Shown: positions 1 through 11,203, counted from the stretch's first letter. The stretch is 64,000 nt of DNA from an uncultured Olsenella sp. (GCA_900316105.1 ONBR01000001.1:7528-71527), one strand, 5' to 3'. A program made the numbers and translations. The notes: generated from the sequence alone by a model not told the origin.

Positions 1-152
1 ATTTGGTACGAATCCAGAACAAATGCCTGACTAGTTTAGAACTAATGAGGTCATCCCCATCGAGCGAATGTGAGCTTTTACGGCAAGCGGGTAAAGCTAC
101 CCCATCGAATGTAACGAGGTCCAAGCCAGCGTTCTCATGTAGTTGTCTGAGG

Positions 153-186
153 ATAAAAAGGAGGTCGGACGAATCCGACCTCCCTG
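153..186 (-). terminator. Rho-independent terminator immediately after secY
   Basis: Minus-strand hairpin GGAGGTCGGA-UUCG-TCCGACCTCC (160-183) followed by TTTTTAT, about 25 nt downstream of the secY stop. Confidence 0.7.
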
Positions 187-207
187 ACAAGCAATTGTAC
201 GAACGAT

Positions 208-1491
208 TTACTTGAAGAAACCGCCGTAGTTGTGCATCTTGAGCTGAGACTCAAGCTGCGAAATGGTATCCATCGCTACGCCGACCATAATTAGGACTGA
301 CGTGCCGCCAAAGGATTGCAGAAGCACGTTGCCCGTGAACGAGAATAGAATCGACGGGACGACTGCCAGTGCCGCCATGAACAGAGCACCAGGAAGCGTG
401 ATGTGATCCAGGACGTTCTTGATGTAGCCAGAAGTAGCGCTGCCAGGACGAACGCCAGGGATAAATCCACCCTGCTTGCGAAGCTGGTCTGCGGTCTCGT
501 CCGGATTGAAAACCATCGACGTATAGAAATACGCGAAGAAGACAATCAGGACGACGGACAGGATCCAGTTAATCCAACCACTTGCCAGTGCCGAGGCAAC
601 GCTTTGAATCCAACCCACATTGGGGAAGAAGACTGCAAGCTGAGCCGGCAGATACAGAAGCGCCGAAGCAAAGATGATAGGCACGACGCCGGCAGTGTTG
701 ACCTTGACGGGCAGGTAGGTAGCCTGGCCACCCATGATACGACGACCAACCACGCGCTTCGCATACTGTACGGGAATGCGACGCTGGCCACGCTCGATGT
801 AGACGATGACCGGGATGATGGCAATCATGACGATAAGGGTGACCGTAGTAACGATGGCACCGATACCCGAGGTCTGCCAAGACTGAACCAGGGTGGGACC
901 AAGGCCAGCCATGATGTTCACAAAGATGATCAGGGACATGCCATTGCCGATGCCACGCTGAGTCAGGACCTCGCCCATCCACATAATGATGATGGCACCT
1001 GTCAGCAGGACGACGACGATGATGGCATTCTCCAGCATCTCGGGAACACCAGGCATACCAGAGAAGTCGATACCCTGGGCCTTGAACAGGAACAGATAGC
1101 CGATGGCATTGATGAGTGCAAGAACAATGGTGACGTAGCGCGTATACTGCGTAATCTTGCGCTGACCTGACTCGCCCTCCTTGGCCATCTCGCCCAGCGA
1201 GGGAACCACGGCCTGCATCATCTGCATGATGATCTGCGCTGTGATGTAAGGCATGATGCCCAGGCTAAAGACGGACACGCGGGACAGGCCGCCACCAGAG
1301 AAGAGATTCAGCACTGCAAGAGCGCCACTCTGGGAGGTGATGGCCTGTCCAACGGTGATCATTTGCTTGAAGGGGATACCAGGTGCAGGCAGATAGGCAC
1401 CCAAGCGATACAGAAGAAGGATCCCGACCGTAATCAGGATCTTCTTCCTCAGCTCAGGAACGCGGAACGCATTTGCGATTCCGTTTAGCAC
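208..1491 (-). CDS. secY: Preprotein translocase subunit SecY
   Basis: 427-aa polytopic membrane ORF with a SecY-type sequence. It overlaps the rplO end by 7 nt, as is usual at the end of spc operons. Confidence 0.97.
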   Translation of the reverse strand: MLNGIANAFRVPELRKKILITVGILLLYRLGAYLPAPGIPFKQMITVGQAITSQSGALAVLNLFSGGGLSRVSVFSLGIMPYITAQIIMQMMQAVVPSLGEMAKEGESGQRKITQYTRYVTIVLALINAIGYLFLFKAQGIDFSGMPGVPEMLENAIIVVVLLTGAIIIMWMGEVLTQRGIGNGMSLIIFVNIMAGLGPTLVQSWQTSGIGAIVTTVTLIVMIAIIPVIVYIERGQRRIPVQYAKRVVGRRIMGGQATYLPVKVNTAGVVPIIFASALLYLPAQLAVFFPNVGWIQSVASALASGWINWILSVVLIVFFAYFYTSMVFNPDETADQLRKQGGFIPGVRPGSATSGYIKNVLDHITLPGALFMAALAVVPSILFSFTGNVLLQSFGGTSVLIMVGVAMDTISQLESQLKMHNYGGFFK

Positions 1492-1934
1492 GCCTCTTCG
1501 ACCTTTCCTCCAGCGGCCTCAATCTTGGCCTTGGCGGATGCGGAAACCTTGTCAACCTTGACCGTGAGCTTCTTGGTGAGCTCGCCGTCGCCCAGAACCT
1601 TGACGGGGATGTAGTCGTGCTTGAGCACGCCCTTAGCCATCAGAGTCTCGGCATCCACGGTCTCGCCATCCTCGTAGAGGCCCTCAAGACGAGAGACGTT
1701 CACGGGGACGTACTCGATACGGTTACGGTTCTTGAAGCCGGGGAGCTTGGGCAGACGCATGGCCAGAGGAGTCTGACCACCCTCGAAGCCTGCACCCTTG
1801 CCGCCACCGGCACGGGAAAGTTGACCCTTGGAGCCGCGGCCCGCGGTGGTGCCATGACCAGAGGAGTTGCCGCGACCAATACGCTTGCGGTTCTTCCTGG
1901 AACCAGCAGCGGGGCGGAGATCATTAAGCTGCAT
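1485..1934 (-). CDS. rplO: 50S ribosomal protein L15 (uL15)
   Basis: N-terminus [22 protein letters not shown] and a Gly-rich region; lies between rpmD and secY. Confidence 0.97.
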   Translation of the reverse strand: MQLNDLRPAAGSRKNRKRIGRGNSSGHGTTAGRGSKGQLSRAGGGKGAGFEGGQTPLAMRLPKLPGFKNRNRIEYVPVNVSRLEGLYEDGETVDAETLMAKGVLKHDYIPVKVLGDGELTKKLTVKVDKVSASAKAKIEAAGGKVEEAC

Positions 1935-1945
1935 TTAGGTGACTC

Positions 1946-2137
1946 CTAGTTCTCTTCAACCTCAACAAGGTGCTTGACCTTGAAGATCATTCCACGGACG
2001 CTCGGGTTGTCAGGAAGCACGGAGACATCGCCGATCTTGCGAAGTCCCATTGCACGGCAGGTGAGAGTCTGATCCTTCTTCACCTGAGTGACAGCACTGC
2101 GAACGAGCTTGACAGTAAGCTTCTTCTCGTCTGCCAT
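1946..2137 (-). CDS. rpmD: 50S ribosomal protein L30 (uL30)
   Basis: 63-aa basic protein in the conserved slot after rpsE. Confidence 0.95.
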   Translation of the reverse strand: MADEKKLTVKLVRSAVTQVKKDQTLTCRAMGLRKIGDVSVLPDNPSVRGMIFKVKHLVEVEEN

Positions 2138-2140
2138 CGT

Positions 2141-2665
2141 TTATGCCTCCTTCTTGCCGCTGAACATCTCGCCAACGGTGAGGCCACGGCGAGCCGCTGC
2201 CTCCTCGGGGCTGGTGAGGGACTTGAGGCCCTCGGCAGCAGCCTTGATGATGTTGAGGGCGTTATCGGTACCAAGGGACTTGGACAGGACGTTGGTGATA
2301 CCTGCGAGCTCGAACAGAGGACGCACAGGACCACCAGCGATGACGCCGGTACCCTCGATAGCAGGCTTGATCAGAACGCGGCCTGCACCATAGTGACCGA
2401 TGACCTCGTGGGGCACGGAGCCCTCAGCGGTAACGGGGACCTTGAACATGTTCTTCTTTGCGTCGTCGGCAGCCTTCTGGATGGCAGCAGGAACCTCAGC
2501 GGACTTGCCCATACCGATGCCGACATTGCCCTTGCCGTCGCCCACGACAACCAGAGCGAGCAGCGACATGCGGCGGCCGCCCTTGACCGTCTTGGACACA
2601 CGGTGAATATAAACTACGCGCTCCTGAAGATCTGAGTCATTCTGGCGCTTGCGATCACGTGGCAT
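2141..2665 (-). CDS. rpsE: 30S ribosomal protein S5 (uS5)
   Basis: [11 protein letters not shown] and GxGxGxG motifs; operon position. Confidence 0.97.
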   Translation of the reverse strand: MPRDRKRQNDSDLQERVVYIHRVSKTVKGGRRMSLLALVVVGDGKGNVGIGMGKSAEVPAAIQKAADDAKKNMFKVPVTAEGSVPHEVIGHYGAGRVLIKPAIEGTGVIAGGPVRPLFELAGITNVLSKSLGTDNALNIIKAAAEGLKSLTSPEEAAARRGLTVGEMFSGKKEA

Positions 2666-2675
2666 TCAAATCCTC

Positions 2676-3044
2676 CTAGAACTTCAGGCCCGCTGCACGG
2701 GCACCGTCTGCGAGAGCCTTAACACGGCCATGGTAGATGCGACCACCGCGGTCGAACTTGACGGCGGTGATGCCCTTCTCGAGGGCGCGCTCGGCGACGA
2801 GCTTGCCCACGAACTCCGCGGCCTCCTTGTTGGAGCCAACCTTGCCGGTTGCCTTGAACTCGGGGCTCAGCGTAGAGGCGGAGCAGAGAGTCCTGCCCTC
2901 GACGTCATCGATCACCTGAGCGTAGATGTTGGCGTTGGTGCGATGCACAGCGAGACGGGGACGATCTGCGGTGCCAGAGATCTTGGCGCGAACGCGACGC
3001 TTGCGACGTGCAAGACCTGCTCTCTTTGCCTTGAACTTGTTCAT
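2676..3044 (-). CDS. rplR: 50S ribosomal protein L18 (uL18)
   Basis: Basic N-terminus and a C-terminal [10 protein letters not shown]-type motif; operon position. Confidence 0.97.
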   Translation of the reverse strand: MNKFKAKRAGLARRKRRVRAKISGTADRPRLAVHRTNANIYAQVIDDVEGRTLCSASTLSPEFKATGKVGSNKEAAEFVGKLVAERALEKGITAVKFDRGGRIYHGRVKALADGARAAGLKF

Positions 3045-3105
3045 AACTACTCCTTAATGACGCCATCACCTGACGGGGTGATGGTCTTGCCTATGGCCAG
3101 CGAGA

Positions 3106-3642
3106 CTACTTAGCAGCCTTGCCGAGCTTCCTACGGATGTGCTCGCCCTCGTAGTGAATGCCCTTGCCCTTGTAAGGCTCAGGCGGACGCTTGGAGCGAA
3201 CCTCGGCGGCAACCTGGCCGACCTGCTCCTTGGAGATGCCCTTGACGGTGATGTGGGTGTTGTCGGGCACCTCAAAGATGATGTTCTCGGGGCAGGCATA
3301 AATCACGGGGTGAGAGTAGCCCAGGGAAAGGTTCAGATCCTTGCCCTTGAGAGCAGCACGGTAACCAACGCCAGTGAGCTCGAGCTTCTTCTCGAAGCCC
3401 TCAGAGACGCCGATAACCATGTTGTTGATGAGGGTGCGGGTGAGACCCTGCTGAGCGTTGGAGTCCTTGGACTCGTCGTTGCGGGTGACGAGAATCTCCT
3501 CGCCCTCCTGCTTGATGGTCACGAGCTCAGAGAAGCTGCGGTCCAGCTCGCCCTTGGGGCCCTTGACGGAAACGTTATTGCCATCGATGGTCACAGTAAC
3601 CTTGGCAGGGACCGTGACAGGCTTCTTACCAATTCGAGACAT
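3106..3642 (-). CDS. rplF: 50S ribosomal protein L6 (uL6)
   Basis: MSRIGKKPV start and a two-domain uL6 pattern. Confidence 0.97.
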   Translation of the reverse strand: MSRIGKKPVTVPAKVTVTIDGNNVSVKGPKGELDRSFSELVTIKQEGEEILVTRNDESKDSNAQQGLTRTLINNMVIGVSEGFEKKLELTGVGYRAALKGKDLNLSLGYSHPVIYACPENIIFEVPDNTHITVKGISKEQVGQVAAEVRSKRPPEPYKGKGIHYEGEHIRRKLGKAAK

Positions 3643-3669
3643 TGTCTCCTCCTATCTTCCTGTCGCGTC

Positions 3670-4068
3670 TTACCAGATGTAGCAGATGACCTCGCCGCCA
3701 ACGCCCAGCTTGCGAGCATCGCGGTCGCACATCATGCCCTTGGAGGTAGAGATGACTGCGGTGCCCAGGCCACCAAGGACGCGGGGCAGCTTGTCGGCAG
3801 AAGAGTAGATGCGCAGGCCGCACTTGGACACGCGCTTGATGCCGCGGATGATGCGGGCGTTCTTCTTGCCGTACTTCAGGGTAATGTGCAGGGTCTTCTG
3901 GGGCTTGGTGTCCTCCACCTCGTAGCCCTTGATGTAGCCCTCCTCGCAGATGACGCGAGCGATCTCGACCAGCACCTTGCTCGAGGGCATGGAGACCTCG
4001 GGCTTGCCGGCGCTATTAGCGTTGCGGATGCGCGTCAGCATGTCTGCGATGGGATCAGTAACCTTCAT
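3670..4068 (-). CDS. rpsH: 30S ribosomal protein S8 (uS8)
   Basis: [13 protein letters not shown] motif. Confidence 0.97.
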   Translation of the reverse strand: MKVTDPIADMLTRIRNANSAGKPEVSMPSSKVLVEIARVICEEGYIKGYEVEDTKPQKTLHITLKYGKKNARIIRGIKRVSKCGLRIYSSADKLPRVLGGLGTAVISTSKGMMCDRDARKLGVGGEVICYIW

Positions 4069-4155
4069 TGATTCCTTCTCCTTAATTCGTGATGAAACTG
4101 CGCGTACGGTTCGTACCCACCCTTAGTGGGAGCGCCTGTACGTGAGAGCCCCGGT

Positions 4156-4341
4156 TTACCAGCTTGCCTTGCGGACGCCGGGAAGCTCGCCCTTGCTGGC
4201 CAGCTCGCGGAAGCAGACACGGCAGAGACCAAACTTGCGATAGACGCTGTGGGGACGACCACAACGCTGGCAACGGTTCTGCTTGCGCGTCGAGAACTTC
4301 GGCTCGCGGTTAGCCTTGACGATCATCGATGTCTTAGCCAC
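4156..4341 (-). CDS. rpsN: 30S ribosomal protein S14, zinc-binding type Z (uS14)
   Basis: 61 aa with CQRCGR...CRVCFRE (CxxC...CxxC). Confidence 0.95.
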   Translation of the reverse strand: MAKTSMIVKANREPKFSTRKQNRCQRCGRPHSVYRKFGLCRVCFRELASKGELPGVRKASW

Positions 4342-4405
4342 AAACTCCTCCTTCTGAAAGAAGCCCCTACCCTATGCAGGGGCGACTTACATGCAAATAA
4401 AAGAC

Positions 4406-4969
4406 TTAGTTCTCCTTGAACGGGAAGTGGAAGGCGTCGAGCAGTGCCTTGCCCTCCTCATCCGTCGCGGCGGTGGTAACGATGGTGATGTCCATACCAC
4501 GGGTACGATCAACCTTGTCGAAGTCGATCTCGGGGAAGATCAGCTGCTCGGTGACGCCCATGGAGAAGTTGCCGTGACCGTCAAAGGACTTGGGGCTGAT
4601 ACCACGGAAGTCGCGGATGCGGGGGATTGCGATAGCAATCAGGCGATCCAGGAACTCGTACATGCGGTCGCCACGAAGGGTCACCTTTGCGCCGATGGGC
4701 TGACCCTGACGCAGGTGGAAGGTAGCGATGGACTTGCGTGCACGGGTAACGATGGGCTGCTGACCGGTGATGGTGCGCAGGTCTGCAACGGCACCGTCGA
4801 TTGCCTTGGAATCGGTGGCTGCCTCGCCAACGCCCATGTTCACGACGATCTTGACGAACTTGGGGATCTGGTTGACGTTCTTGTACTGGAACTTCTTCTG
4901 CAGGTCATCGCGGACCGTGGCAAAATACTGCTCCTTGAGACGCGGTACGTACTTGGTCTCTTCTGCCAT
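4406..4969 (-). CDS. rplE: 50S ribosomal protein L5 (uL5)
   Basis: 187-aa uL5-type sequence; SD AAAGGAG upstream. Confidence 0.97.
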   Translation of the reverse strand: MAEETKYVPRLKEQYFATVRDDLQKKFQYKNVNQIPKFVKIVVNMGVGEAATDSKAIDGAVADLRTITGQQPIVTRARKSIATFHLRQGQPIGAKVTLRGDRMYEFLDRLIAIAIPRIRDFRGISPKSFDGHGNFSMGVTEQLIFPEIDFDKVDRTRGMDITIVTTAATDEEGKALLDAFHFPFKEN

Positions 4970-5268
4970 GTAAAACTCCTTTACACATGGTGGTCTTGAG
5001 TGCGGGGAACGCCTCGCACCTCCTGGGTCGGCTTGCCAGGAGCCAATCGTGTCTGAATTGCCCTGCCGAGACAGAACAATCCCCTAGACACGCAAAAAGA
5101 GATGATACGACGAAAACACTGCAAAGGCCACCGAAAACTCCGCATCTCACCATGTACACAATTGCTACTCCGCCCCTTGTCCCAATGATCAAATTTCCTC
5201 GCGCAAAATTCGCGCTGGGGACTGCGCTTGAGACAAAGGACGGGAGAGTTTGTGGGTCAATTTCACAT

Positions 5269-5335
5269 GTCTAATCAGGGTTAGCCCCTTTTTTGCACGA
5301 ACCTTCCGCTAAAAGGGGGCTATCCCTGATTAGAC
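5269..5335. repeat. 67-nt imperfect palindrome (long hairpin) inside the rplX-rplE spacer
   Basis: GTCTAATCAGGG(T/A)TAGCCCC...GGGGCTA(T/A)CCCTGATTAGAC; arms of about 24 nt with a 16-nt loop. Confidence 0.8.
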
Positions 5336-5369
5336 AAAAAAGCAGCCCAGGAAAGAACCTGGACTGCTT
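5336..5369 (-). terminator. Intrinsic terminator directly after rplX
   Basis: Minus-strand hairpin AGCAGTCCAGG-UUCUUU-CCTGGGCTGCT followed by TTTTTG. The single non-Watson-Crick pair is G-U on the minus strand but C-A on the plus strand. Confidence 0.65.
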
Positions 5370-5394
5370 CCGAGTCAATATGCTCAGGTCTGGC

Positions 5395-5709
5395 TTAGAT
5401 GGCCTCTCCGGACTTCTTGGAGTAACGGACCTTCTTGCCATCCTCAAAGCGATAGCCAACGCGGGTGGGTGTGTCGGTCTTGGGGTCGATCAGAGCCACG
5501 TTCGAAACGTCGATTGCGGCCTCCTTCTCGACAAAACCACCGTTGTTGCCCATCTGGTCGGCCTTCTGGGCCTTCTTTACCACGGCGACACCGCTGACGA
5601 CGACCTTGCCCTTGGCGGGGAAGGCCTTGATGACCTCACCGCGCTTGCCCTTGTCCTTGCCGGACAGAACCTGGACCTGATCGCCCTTCTTGATCTTCAT
5701 CTTAGGCAT
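5395..5709 (-). CDS. rplX: 50S ribosomal protein L24 (uL24)
   Basis: KIKKGDQVQVLSGKDKGKRG KOW motif. Confidence 0.97.
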   Translation of the reverse strand: MPKMKIKKGDQVQVLSGKDKGKRGEVIKAFPAKGKVVVSGVAVVKKAQKADQMGNNGGFVEKEAAIDVSNVALIDPKTDTPTRVGYRFEDGKKVRYSKKSGEAI

Positions 5710-5723
5710 GTGCTGCTCACTCC

Positions 5724-6092
5724 CTACAGAGTCTCGGGTGCGAGCGAGACAATCTTCATGTACTTGCGGTCGCGCAGCTCACGTGCCACGGGTCCGAAGA
5801 TACGAGTGCCCTTGGGCTCGCCTTCCTTGTCGACCAGGACGCATGCGTTCTGGTCGAACTTGATGTAGCTGCCGTCCTTGCGACGGTGCTCCTTGACAGT
5901 GCGGACGACGACGCAACGGACGATATCGCCCTTCTTGACGGAACCGCCGGGCGTGGCCTCCTGAACGGCACACATGATGACGTCGCCAAGACCAGCGTAA
6001 CGGCGCTTCGAGCCGCCCAAGACCTTGATGCACTTGACACGCTTGGCGCCACTGTTGTCAGCAACGGCAAGCATAGTCTCCATCTGAATCAT
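5724..6092 (-). CDS. rplN: 50S ribosomal protein L14 (uL14)
   Basis: [17 protein letters not shown] start. Confidence 0.97.
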   Translation of the reverse strand: MIQMETMLAVADNSGAKRVKCIKVLGGSKRRYAGLGDVIMCAVQEATPGGSVKKGDIVRCVVVRTVKEHRRKDGSYIKFDQNACVLVDKEGEPKGTRIFGPVARELRDRKYMKIVSLAPETL

Positions 6093-6174
6093 TAGAAATT
6101 CCTCCGTACACTACCCCAGGCAGAGGTGCGACCACACGAGCGAGGCACGTACCTGGAAGTGGTTGATAAGATCG

Positions 6175-6441
6175 TTACTTGGCCTTCTCCACGATCTCCA
6201 CGACACGCCAACGCTTGGTCTTGGAGAGGGGACGGGTCTCCATGACGCGAACGGTGTCGCCGAGGCCGCACTCGTTCTTCTCGTCATGGCAGTGGAGCTT
6301 CTTGTGATGAGTCATCATCTTGCCGTACTTGGGGTGGTGCTTACGATAGGTAATCTGCACCGTGACGGTCTTGTCGCCAGAGATCGAGATGACCTCACCG
6401 GTGCGGACCTTACGTGCATTCCTGCTTTCGGTTTCTGCCAT
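6175..6441 (-). CDS. rpsQ: 30S ribosomal protein S17 (uS17)
   Basis: 88-aa uS17-type sequence; operon position. Confidence 0.96.
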   Translation of the reverse strand: MAETESRNARKVRTGEVISISGDKTVTVQITYRKHHPKYGKMMTHHKKLHCHDEKNECGLGDTVRVMETRPLSKTKRWRVVEIVEKAK

Positions 6442-6454
6442 TTCTTATCTCCTG

Positions 6455-6670
6455 CTACTTCTGGCTTGCGGACTTCTCCGCAGCAATCTCACGGGCACGA
6501 ATCTCGGTCTGGACGCGAGCGATGTCACGCTTGACGGTCTTGACACGAGCCGTGTTGTCCAGCTGGCTAGTAGCCATCTGGAAGCGAAGGTTAAAGAGCT
6601 CCGCGCGCCCGTCCTCGAGCTTCTGGGCGAGCTCGTCGTCAGAGAGCTCCTGAATGTCCTTGTACTTCAT
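6455..6670 (-). CDS. rpmC: 50S ribosomal protein L29 (uL29)
   Basis: 71-aa helical protein between rplP and rpsQ. Confidence 0.95.
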   Translation of the reverse strand: MKYKDIQELSDDELAQKLEDGRAELFNLRFQMATSQLDNTARVKTVKRDIARVQTEIRAREIAAEKSASQK

Positions 6671-6672
6671 GG

Positions 6673-7104
6673 TTACTCTGCCTCCCCGTCCTTCTTATCG
6701 GTGCGGGCAACGATCTTGGTCTTGATGGGAAGCTTGTGCTGCGCAAGACGCAGAGCCTCCTTGGCGGTTGCCTCGTCAACATCGCCGATCTCGAACATGA
6801 TGCGGCCGGGCTTGACGACGGCAACCCACTCCTCGGGGTTACCCTTACCAGAACCCATGCGGGTCTCAGCGGGCTTCTTGGTGATGGGCTTGTCCGGGAA
6901 GATGGTGATCCAGACGCGGCCGCCACGCTTCATCTGACGCGTCATGGCGACACGAGCGGCCTCGATCTGGCGGTTGGTAATCCAGTGGGCCTCAAGAGCC
7001 TTCAGGCCCCACTCACCGAAATGCAGCTCGGTGTTGCCCTTTGCATGGCCCTTCATGGAGCCACGCTGAACCTTACGGTGAAGAACACGCTTAGGTGCCA
7101 GCAT
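6673..7104 (-). CDS. rplP: 50S ribosomal protein L16 (uL16)
   Basis: [15 protein letters not shown] start. Confidence 0.97.
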   Translation of the reverse strand: MLAPKRVLHRKVQRGSMKGHAKGNTELHFGEWGLKALEAHWITNRQIEAARVAMTRQMKRGGRVWITIFPDKPITKKPAETRMGSGKGNPEEWVAVVKPGRIMFEIGDVDEATAKEALRLAQHKLPIKTKIVARTDKKDGEAE

Positions 7105-7823
7105 TAACGACCCCTCCTCTCATTGCGACCACGACGGGGACGGTTGCTGCTGGTGCCCTCGAGCTCGGGATGAAGCGCAGGCTGACCAGGAAGCTGCTCG
7201 CCGAGGTAGATCCACACCTTGATGCCCACGGCACCCATGGTGGTGTGAGCGGTGGCCTCGCCGAAGCTGATCTTTGCACGCAGGGTGTGCAGAGGCACGC
7301 GACCCTCACGGGACCACTCGCGACGGCCCATCTCAGCGCCGTTCAGACGACCAGAGCACTGAATACGGATGCCCTGAGCGCCAGACTTGCGGGCGGTCTG
7401 GACAGCCTTGCGCATGGCACGACGGAAGGCGATACGGCCCTCGAGCTGCTCTGCGATGGACTGAGCGGTCAGCTGGGCATCGAGCTCGGGACGCTTGACC
7501 TCGGTGACCTCGACGTTGACGTGGCCCTTCTCGACGCCAGCAACCTTCTCGAGCTCGGTACGGAGCTCGTTGATGTCGGCGCCCTTCTTGCCGATGACAA
7601 TACCAGGACGAGCGGTGAAGATGGTGACCTTGACCTTATCGCCGGTGCGGTCAATCTCGACGCGGGAAACGGCAGCGTTAGCGAGCTTCTTGTTCAGGAA
7701 CTCGCGAATCTTGAGGTCGTTGCCAAGGGTCTTGGCGTAGTCCTTCTTGTCGGCGTACCAACGGGAACGCCACTCCTCGGTGATGCCGAGACGGAAGCCG
7801 GTAGGCTGTACTTTCTGACCCAT
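7104..7823 (-). CDS. rpsC: 30S ribosomal protein S3 (uS3)
   Basis: [14 protein letters not shown] start and a KH domain pattern. Confidence 0.97.
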   Translation of the reverse strand: MGQKVQPTGFRLGITEEWRSRWYADKKDYAKTLGNDLKIREFLNKKLANAAVSRVEIDRTGDKVKVTIFTARPGIVIGKKGADINELRTELEKVAGVEKGHVNVEVTEVKRPELDAQLTAQSIAEQLEGRIAFRRAMRKAVQTARKSGAQGIRIQCSGRLNGAEMGRREWSREGRVPLHTLRAKISFGEATAHTTMGAVGIKVWIYLGEQLPGQPALHPELEGTSSNRPRRGRNERRGR

Positions 7824-7830
7824 GCTTTCC

Positions 7831-8187
7831 CTACGCCTCCTTTCCAGGTGCGACGATGACGGTGATGTGGCTCGTACGCTTGTTGATACGAGAAGCGGAG
7901 CCCTTTGCGCGGGGACGGATGCGCTTCAGCGTGGGGCCCTCATCGACACAAATCGTCTTGATGACCAGATTGCGCGTGTTGATGCCCTTGACGCCAGCGT
8001 TGGCGGCAGCGGACTGCACGCACTTGGCCACGGGAAGAGCAGCGGCGCGCGTGGAGAACTGAAGGGTCTCCAGGGCCTTGTCAACGGACATACCGCGAAC
8101 CAGATCTGCGACCATGCGGACCTTACGGGGAGCCATGCGCACGTAACGAGCGATTGCGATGGCCTCGTTGGAAGCTACCTGTGCCAT
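7831..8187 (-). CDS. rplV: 50S ribosomal protein L22 (uL22)
   Basis: 118-aa uL22-type sequence; operon position. Confidence 0.96.
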   Translation of the reverse strand: MAQVASNEAIAIARYVRMAPRKVRMVADLVRGMSVDKALETLQFSTRAAALPVAKCVQSAAANAGVKGINTRNLVIKTICVDEGPTLKRIRPRAKGSASRINKRTSHITVIVAPGKEA

Positions 8188-8202
8188 TATCTACGCACCT
8201 CC

Positions 8203-8463
8203 TTAATCAGCCTTGTGGCCACGGAACGTACGGGTGGAGGCGAACTCGCCCAGCTTGTGACCAACCATGGACTCGGTGATGTATACGGGAACATGCTTGC
8301 GGCCATCGTGGACTGCAATCGTGTGACCAACCATCTCGGGGAAGATGGTGGAGGAACGCGACCAGGTCTTGATGACCTCCTTCTTGCCGGACTCGTTCAT
8401 AGCGGCGACACGCGCAAGGAGGCGAGTCTCCACAAACGGACCCTTCTTGAGACTTCTGCTCAT
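8203..8463 (-). CDS. rpsS: 30S ribosomal protein S19 (uS19)
   Basis: [11 protein letters not shown] start. Confidence 0.97.
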   Translation of the reverse strand: MSRSLKKGPFVETRLLARVAAMNESGKKEVIKTWSRSSTIFPEMVGHTIAVHDGRKHVPVYITESMVGHKLGEFASTRTFRGHKAD

Positions 8464-8489
8464 ACTTTCGATCTCCTACTACTCGTGTG

Positions 8490-9326
8490 CTACTTGGAAC
8501 GACGACGACGGATGATGAGGTGGTTCGACGCCTTCTTGGGGTCGCGCGTCTTCTTGCCCTTCGTGGGCTTGCCCCAGGGGGTGACGGAAGGACGACCAGA
8601 GGTGTGGTTCTTGCCCTCGCCGCCGCCATGCGGGTGGTCAACGGGGTTCATAACCGTACCACGGACGGTGGGACGGACGCCACGCCAACGGTTGCGACCA
8701 GCCTTGCCGATGACGATGTTGGAGTGCTCGGCGTTGCCGACCTCACCAATCGTTGCGCGGCAGGTCAGAAGAACACGACGAAGCTCGGAGGAAGGCATGC
8801 GCAGGATTGCGTAGTTGCCGTCCTTGCCCATCAGCTGCACGGAAGTACCAGCCGCACGAGCCATTGCCGCGCCCTTGCCAGGCTGGAACTCGACTGCGTG
8901 AATCAGGGTACCGACGGGAATCTCGGAGAGGGGCATTGCGTTGCCCGGCTTGATATCCACGTCCTTGGTGCCAGAGATGACGGTATCGCCGACATGCAGA
9001 CCCTCGGGTGCCAGGATGTACGTCTTCTTGCCGTCAGCATAGTGCAGAAGCGCAATGCGGGCGGAACGGTTGGGATCGTACTCGATGGTGGCAACCTTGG
9101 CGGGAATGTTGTCCTTGTTGCGCTTGAAATCGATGACACGATACTTGTGCTTGTTGCCACCGCCCTGGTGACGGGTGGTGATACGGCCGTTGTTGTTGCG
9201 GCCAGCCTTCTTAGGAAGGGGCTCCAGGAGCGACTTCTCGGGCGTCGTGGAGGTGATGTCCTTGTAGTCCGAGACCGTCTGCCAACGACGGCCGGCGCTC
9301 GTGGGCTTCAAATGCCTAACTGCCAT
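8490..9326 (-). CDS. rplB: 50S ribosomal protein L2 (uL2)
   Basis: 278 aa with a HPHGGGEGK motif. Confidence 0.97.
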   Translation of the reverse strand: MAVRHLKPTSAGRRWQTVSDYKDITSTTPEKSLLEPLPKKAGRNNNGRITTRHQGGGNKHKYRVIDFKRNKDNIPAKVATIEYDPNRSARIALLHYADGKKTYILAPEGLHVGDTVISGTKDVDIKPGNAMPLSEIPVGTLIHAVEFQPGKGAAMARAAGTSVQLMGKDGNYAILRMPSSELRRVLLTCRATIGEVGNAEHSNIVIGKAGRNRWRGVRPTVRGTVMNPVDHPHGGGEGKNHTSGRPSVTPWGKPTKGKKTRDPKKASNHLIIRRRRSK

Positions 9327-9402
9327 TACTACTCTTTCCCTTTCTTGCCGTTGGCCATCTCTCTCAGGGATTGGAGAGCTGACACCGGTTTACCACGGTA
9401 CC

Positions 9403-9457
9403 GCGCGTATCCATCATGCGCGGCATGCAAGCCCGCACCCCCCATAGGGGTACGGGC
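9403..9457. repeat. Degenerate copy of the GTATCCAT / CCATAGGGGTAC palindromic element (rplW-rplB spacer)
   Basis: Two hairpins, CGCGC-GTATCCATCAT-GCGCG and GCCCGCACCCC-CCATA-GGGGTACGGGC, that share word content with the element at 11293-11370. Confidence 0.45.
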
Positions 9458-9468
9458 GAATTGCTAAA

Positions 9469-9771
9469 CTAGTCCTCGTCGGACTCCTGGTTTGCGAAGA
9501 TCTCGATCTGCTCACCATCAGCGATGGTGACGATGGCCTTCTTCCAGGTGCGAGTCTTGCCGGCGACATAGCGAACGCGCTTGGTCTTGGGCTTGACCCA
9601 CATGGTGTTGACCTTCTTGACGTGCACGTTGAAGAGCTTCTCGACTGCGTCGCGAATCTCCTCCTTGGGTGCCTGACGGGCAACCTCAAAGGTGTACTTG
9701 TTCTGTGCCATCAGGTCGAAGGAGGCCTCGGAGATGACGGGGCGGATGATGACCTCGTAAGCGGACTTCAT
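9469..9771 (-). CDS. rplW: 50S ribosomal protein L23 (uL23)
   Basis: 100-aa uL23-type sequence between rplD and rplB. Confidence 0.96.
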   Translation of the reverse strand: MKSAYEVIIRPVISEASFDLMAQNKYTFEVARQAPKEEIRDAVEKLFNVHVKKVNTMWVKPKTKRVRYVAGKTRTWKKAIVTIADGEQIEIFANQESDED

Positions 9772-10398
9772 TTAAGCGAGCACCTCCTCGAAGTACTTGG
9801 CGACGGCGGTGGTCATGACGAGCGCACCGTTGTCAAGAAGGATGCGGGTGTTGGCCTCGGAAGCACCAAACACGAGCACCTTGGCGATGTTGCGGAAGGA
9901 CAGGTAGGTGTTGACGTCCTCGTCGTCGACGATGACGGTGACACGCTTGCCCTCGAGGCCCAGAGCCTTCAGGAGCTTAGCTGCCTTCTTGGTGGAAATC
10001 TCATCAAAGTTCAGCGCGTCAAGAAGAACGAGCTCGTTGTCGGCAACCTTGCCGGAGAGGGCGGACCTCATGGCGAGCTTCTTCATCTTGTTGTTGGCAC
10101 GCTTGATGTGCTTGTGGGGGGTGGGGCCAAAGACAACGCCACCGCCAGTCCACTGAGGAGCACGGATGGTGCCCTGACGTGCACGACCGGTGCCCTTCTG
10201 ACGATAGGGCTTCACGCCGCCGCCAGAGACAGCAGAACGGTTCTTGGTGGAGTGAGTACCCTGGCGCAGCGACGACTCATAGGCGACGACGACCTGGTGC
10301 ATCACCGGAATATTCGGCTCGATGCCGTAAACGCCCTCAGCGAGCTCGACGGAATCAGCCGCCTGCCCCTGCGCGTTCTTGACTTCATACTTGGACAT
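9772..10398 (-). CDS. rplD: 50S ribosomal protein L4 (uL4)
   Basis: 208-aa uL4-type sequence (KPYRQKGTGRARQG). Confidence 0.97.
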   Translation of the reverse strand: MSKYEVKNAQGQAADSVELAEGVYGIEPNIPVMHQVVVAYESSLRQGTHSTKNRSAVSGGGVKPYRQKGTGRARQGTIRAPQWTGGGVVFGPTPHKHIKRANNKMKKLAMRSALSGKVADNELVLLDALNFDEISTKKAAKLLKALGLEGKRVTVIVDDEDVNTYLSFRNIAKVLVFGASEANTRILLDNGALVMTTAVAKYFEEVLA

Positions 10399-10439
10399 TG
10401 TGTCTCCCTTGGTAGCCTAAGGATGGATGGTACTTGGCC

Positions 10440-11060
10440 CTAGGCCATGCGGACCTGGACAAGGGCGTTCTTTCCGCCGGGGACGGCACCCTTGATGAGC
10501 ATGAGGTTCTGCTCCTCGTCGATACGGACGAGCTTGAGGTTCTTTACAGTGACGCGCGCGTCGCCCATGTGACCAGCCATGTGCAGGCCCTTGCGGACGC
10601 GTGCAGGATAGGCGCACTGGCCGATAGAACCAGGCTCACGCTGGTTGCGGGAACCGTGTGCCATGGGACCACGGGAGAAGTTCCAGCGCTTGATGGTGCC
10701 CTGGAAGCCCTTACCCTTGGAGGTGCCGATAACGTCGACAGCCTTGACCTCAGAGAAGTCTGCAACGGTGACCTGATCGCCACAGGAGTGCTCCTCGCCG
10801 TTCTCAACGCGAACCTCGCGCAGATAACGCATGGGGGCAACGCCGTGGGCGTCAAAGTGACCCTGCATGGGCTTGTTGACGTGCTTGGGCTTGATGTCTC
10901 CGAAGCCGATCTGGACGGCGTCATAGCCGTCGGTCGCCTTCGTCTTTACCTGCGAGACGACGCAGGGGCCGGCCTGGACGACGGTGACGGGGACGACGTT
11001 GTCGTCTTCATCCCACACCTGCGTCATCCCGATCTTGCGGCCAAGAATCGTGCTGACCAT
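10440..11060 (-). CDS. rplC: 50S ribosomal protein L3 (uL3)
   Basis: ILGRKIGMTQVW start region. Confidence 0.97.
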   Translation of the reverse strand: MVSTILGRKIGMTQVWDEDDNVVPVTVVQAGPCVVSQVKTKATDGYDAVQIGFGDIKPKHVNKPMQGHFDAHGVAPMRYLREVRVENGEEHSCGDQVTVADFSEVKAVDVIGTSKGKGFQGTIKRWNFSRGPMAHGSRNQREPGSIGQCAYPARVRKGLHMAGHMGDARVTVKNLKLVRIDEEQNLMLIKGAVPGGKNALVQVRMA

Positions 11061-11203
11061 ACTCGTTCCTTACACTCGGTGGTCTTGGGACCTAATGGAC
11101 ACTCCTGTGCCCTCCCCCAGCGGACCACATCCTCTGGAAAACTGGCTCTGGCACCGTGACAAGCAAGCTCGACACAGCAGTGCCCCAGAAGCACAGCCTG
11201 TCT

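Noticed and set aside
1-152. GGTACGAATCC near the window start, which resembles a tRNA T-loop
   Set aside because: No acceptor, D or anticodon stems can be drawn around it, and the flanking sequence does not give a cloverleaf.
403-10443. Many 100-330-aa plus-strand ORFs across the ribosomal cluster (for example 403-1170, 3139-4071, 7095-7859, 7822-8814, 8487-9467, 9622-10443)
   Set aside because: All of them are antisense or out-of-frame overlaps of clearly identified ribosomal-protein genes. Their composition matches high-GC shadow ORFs.
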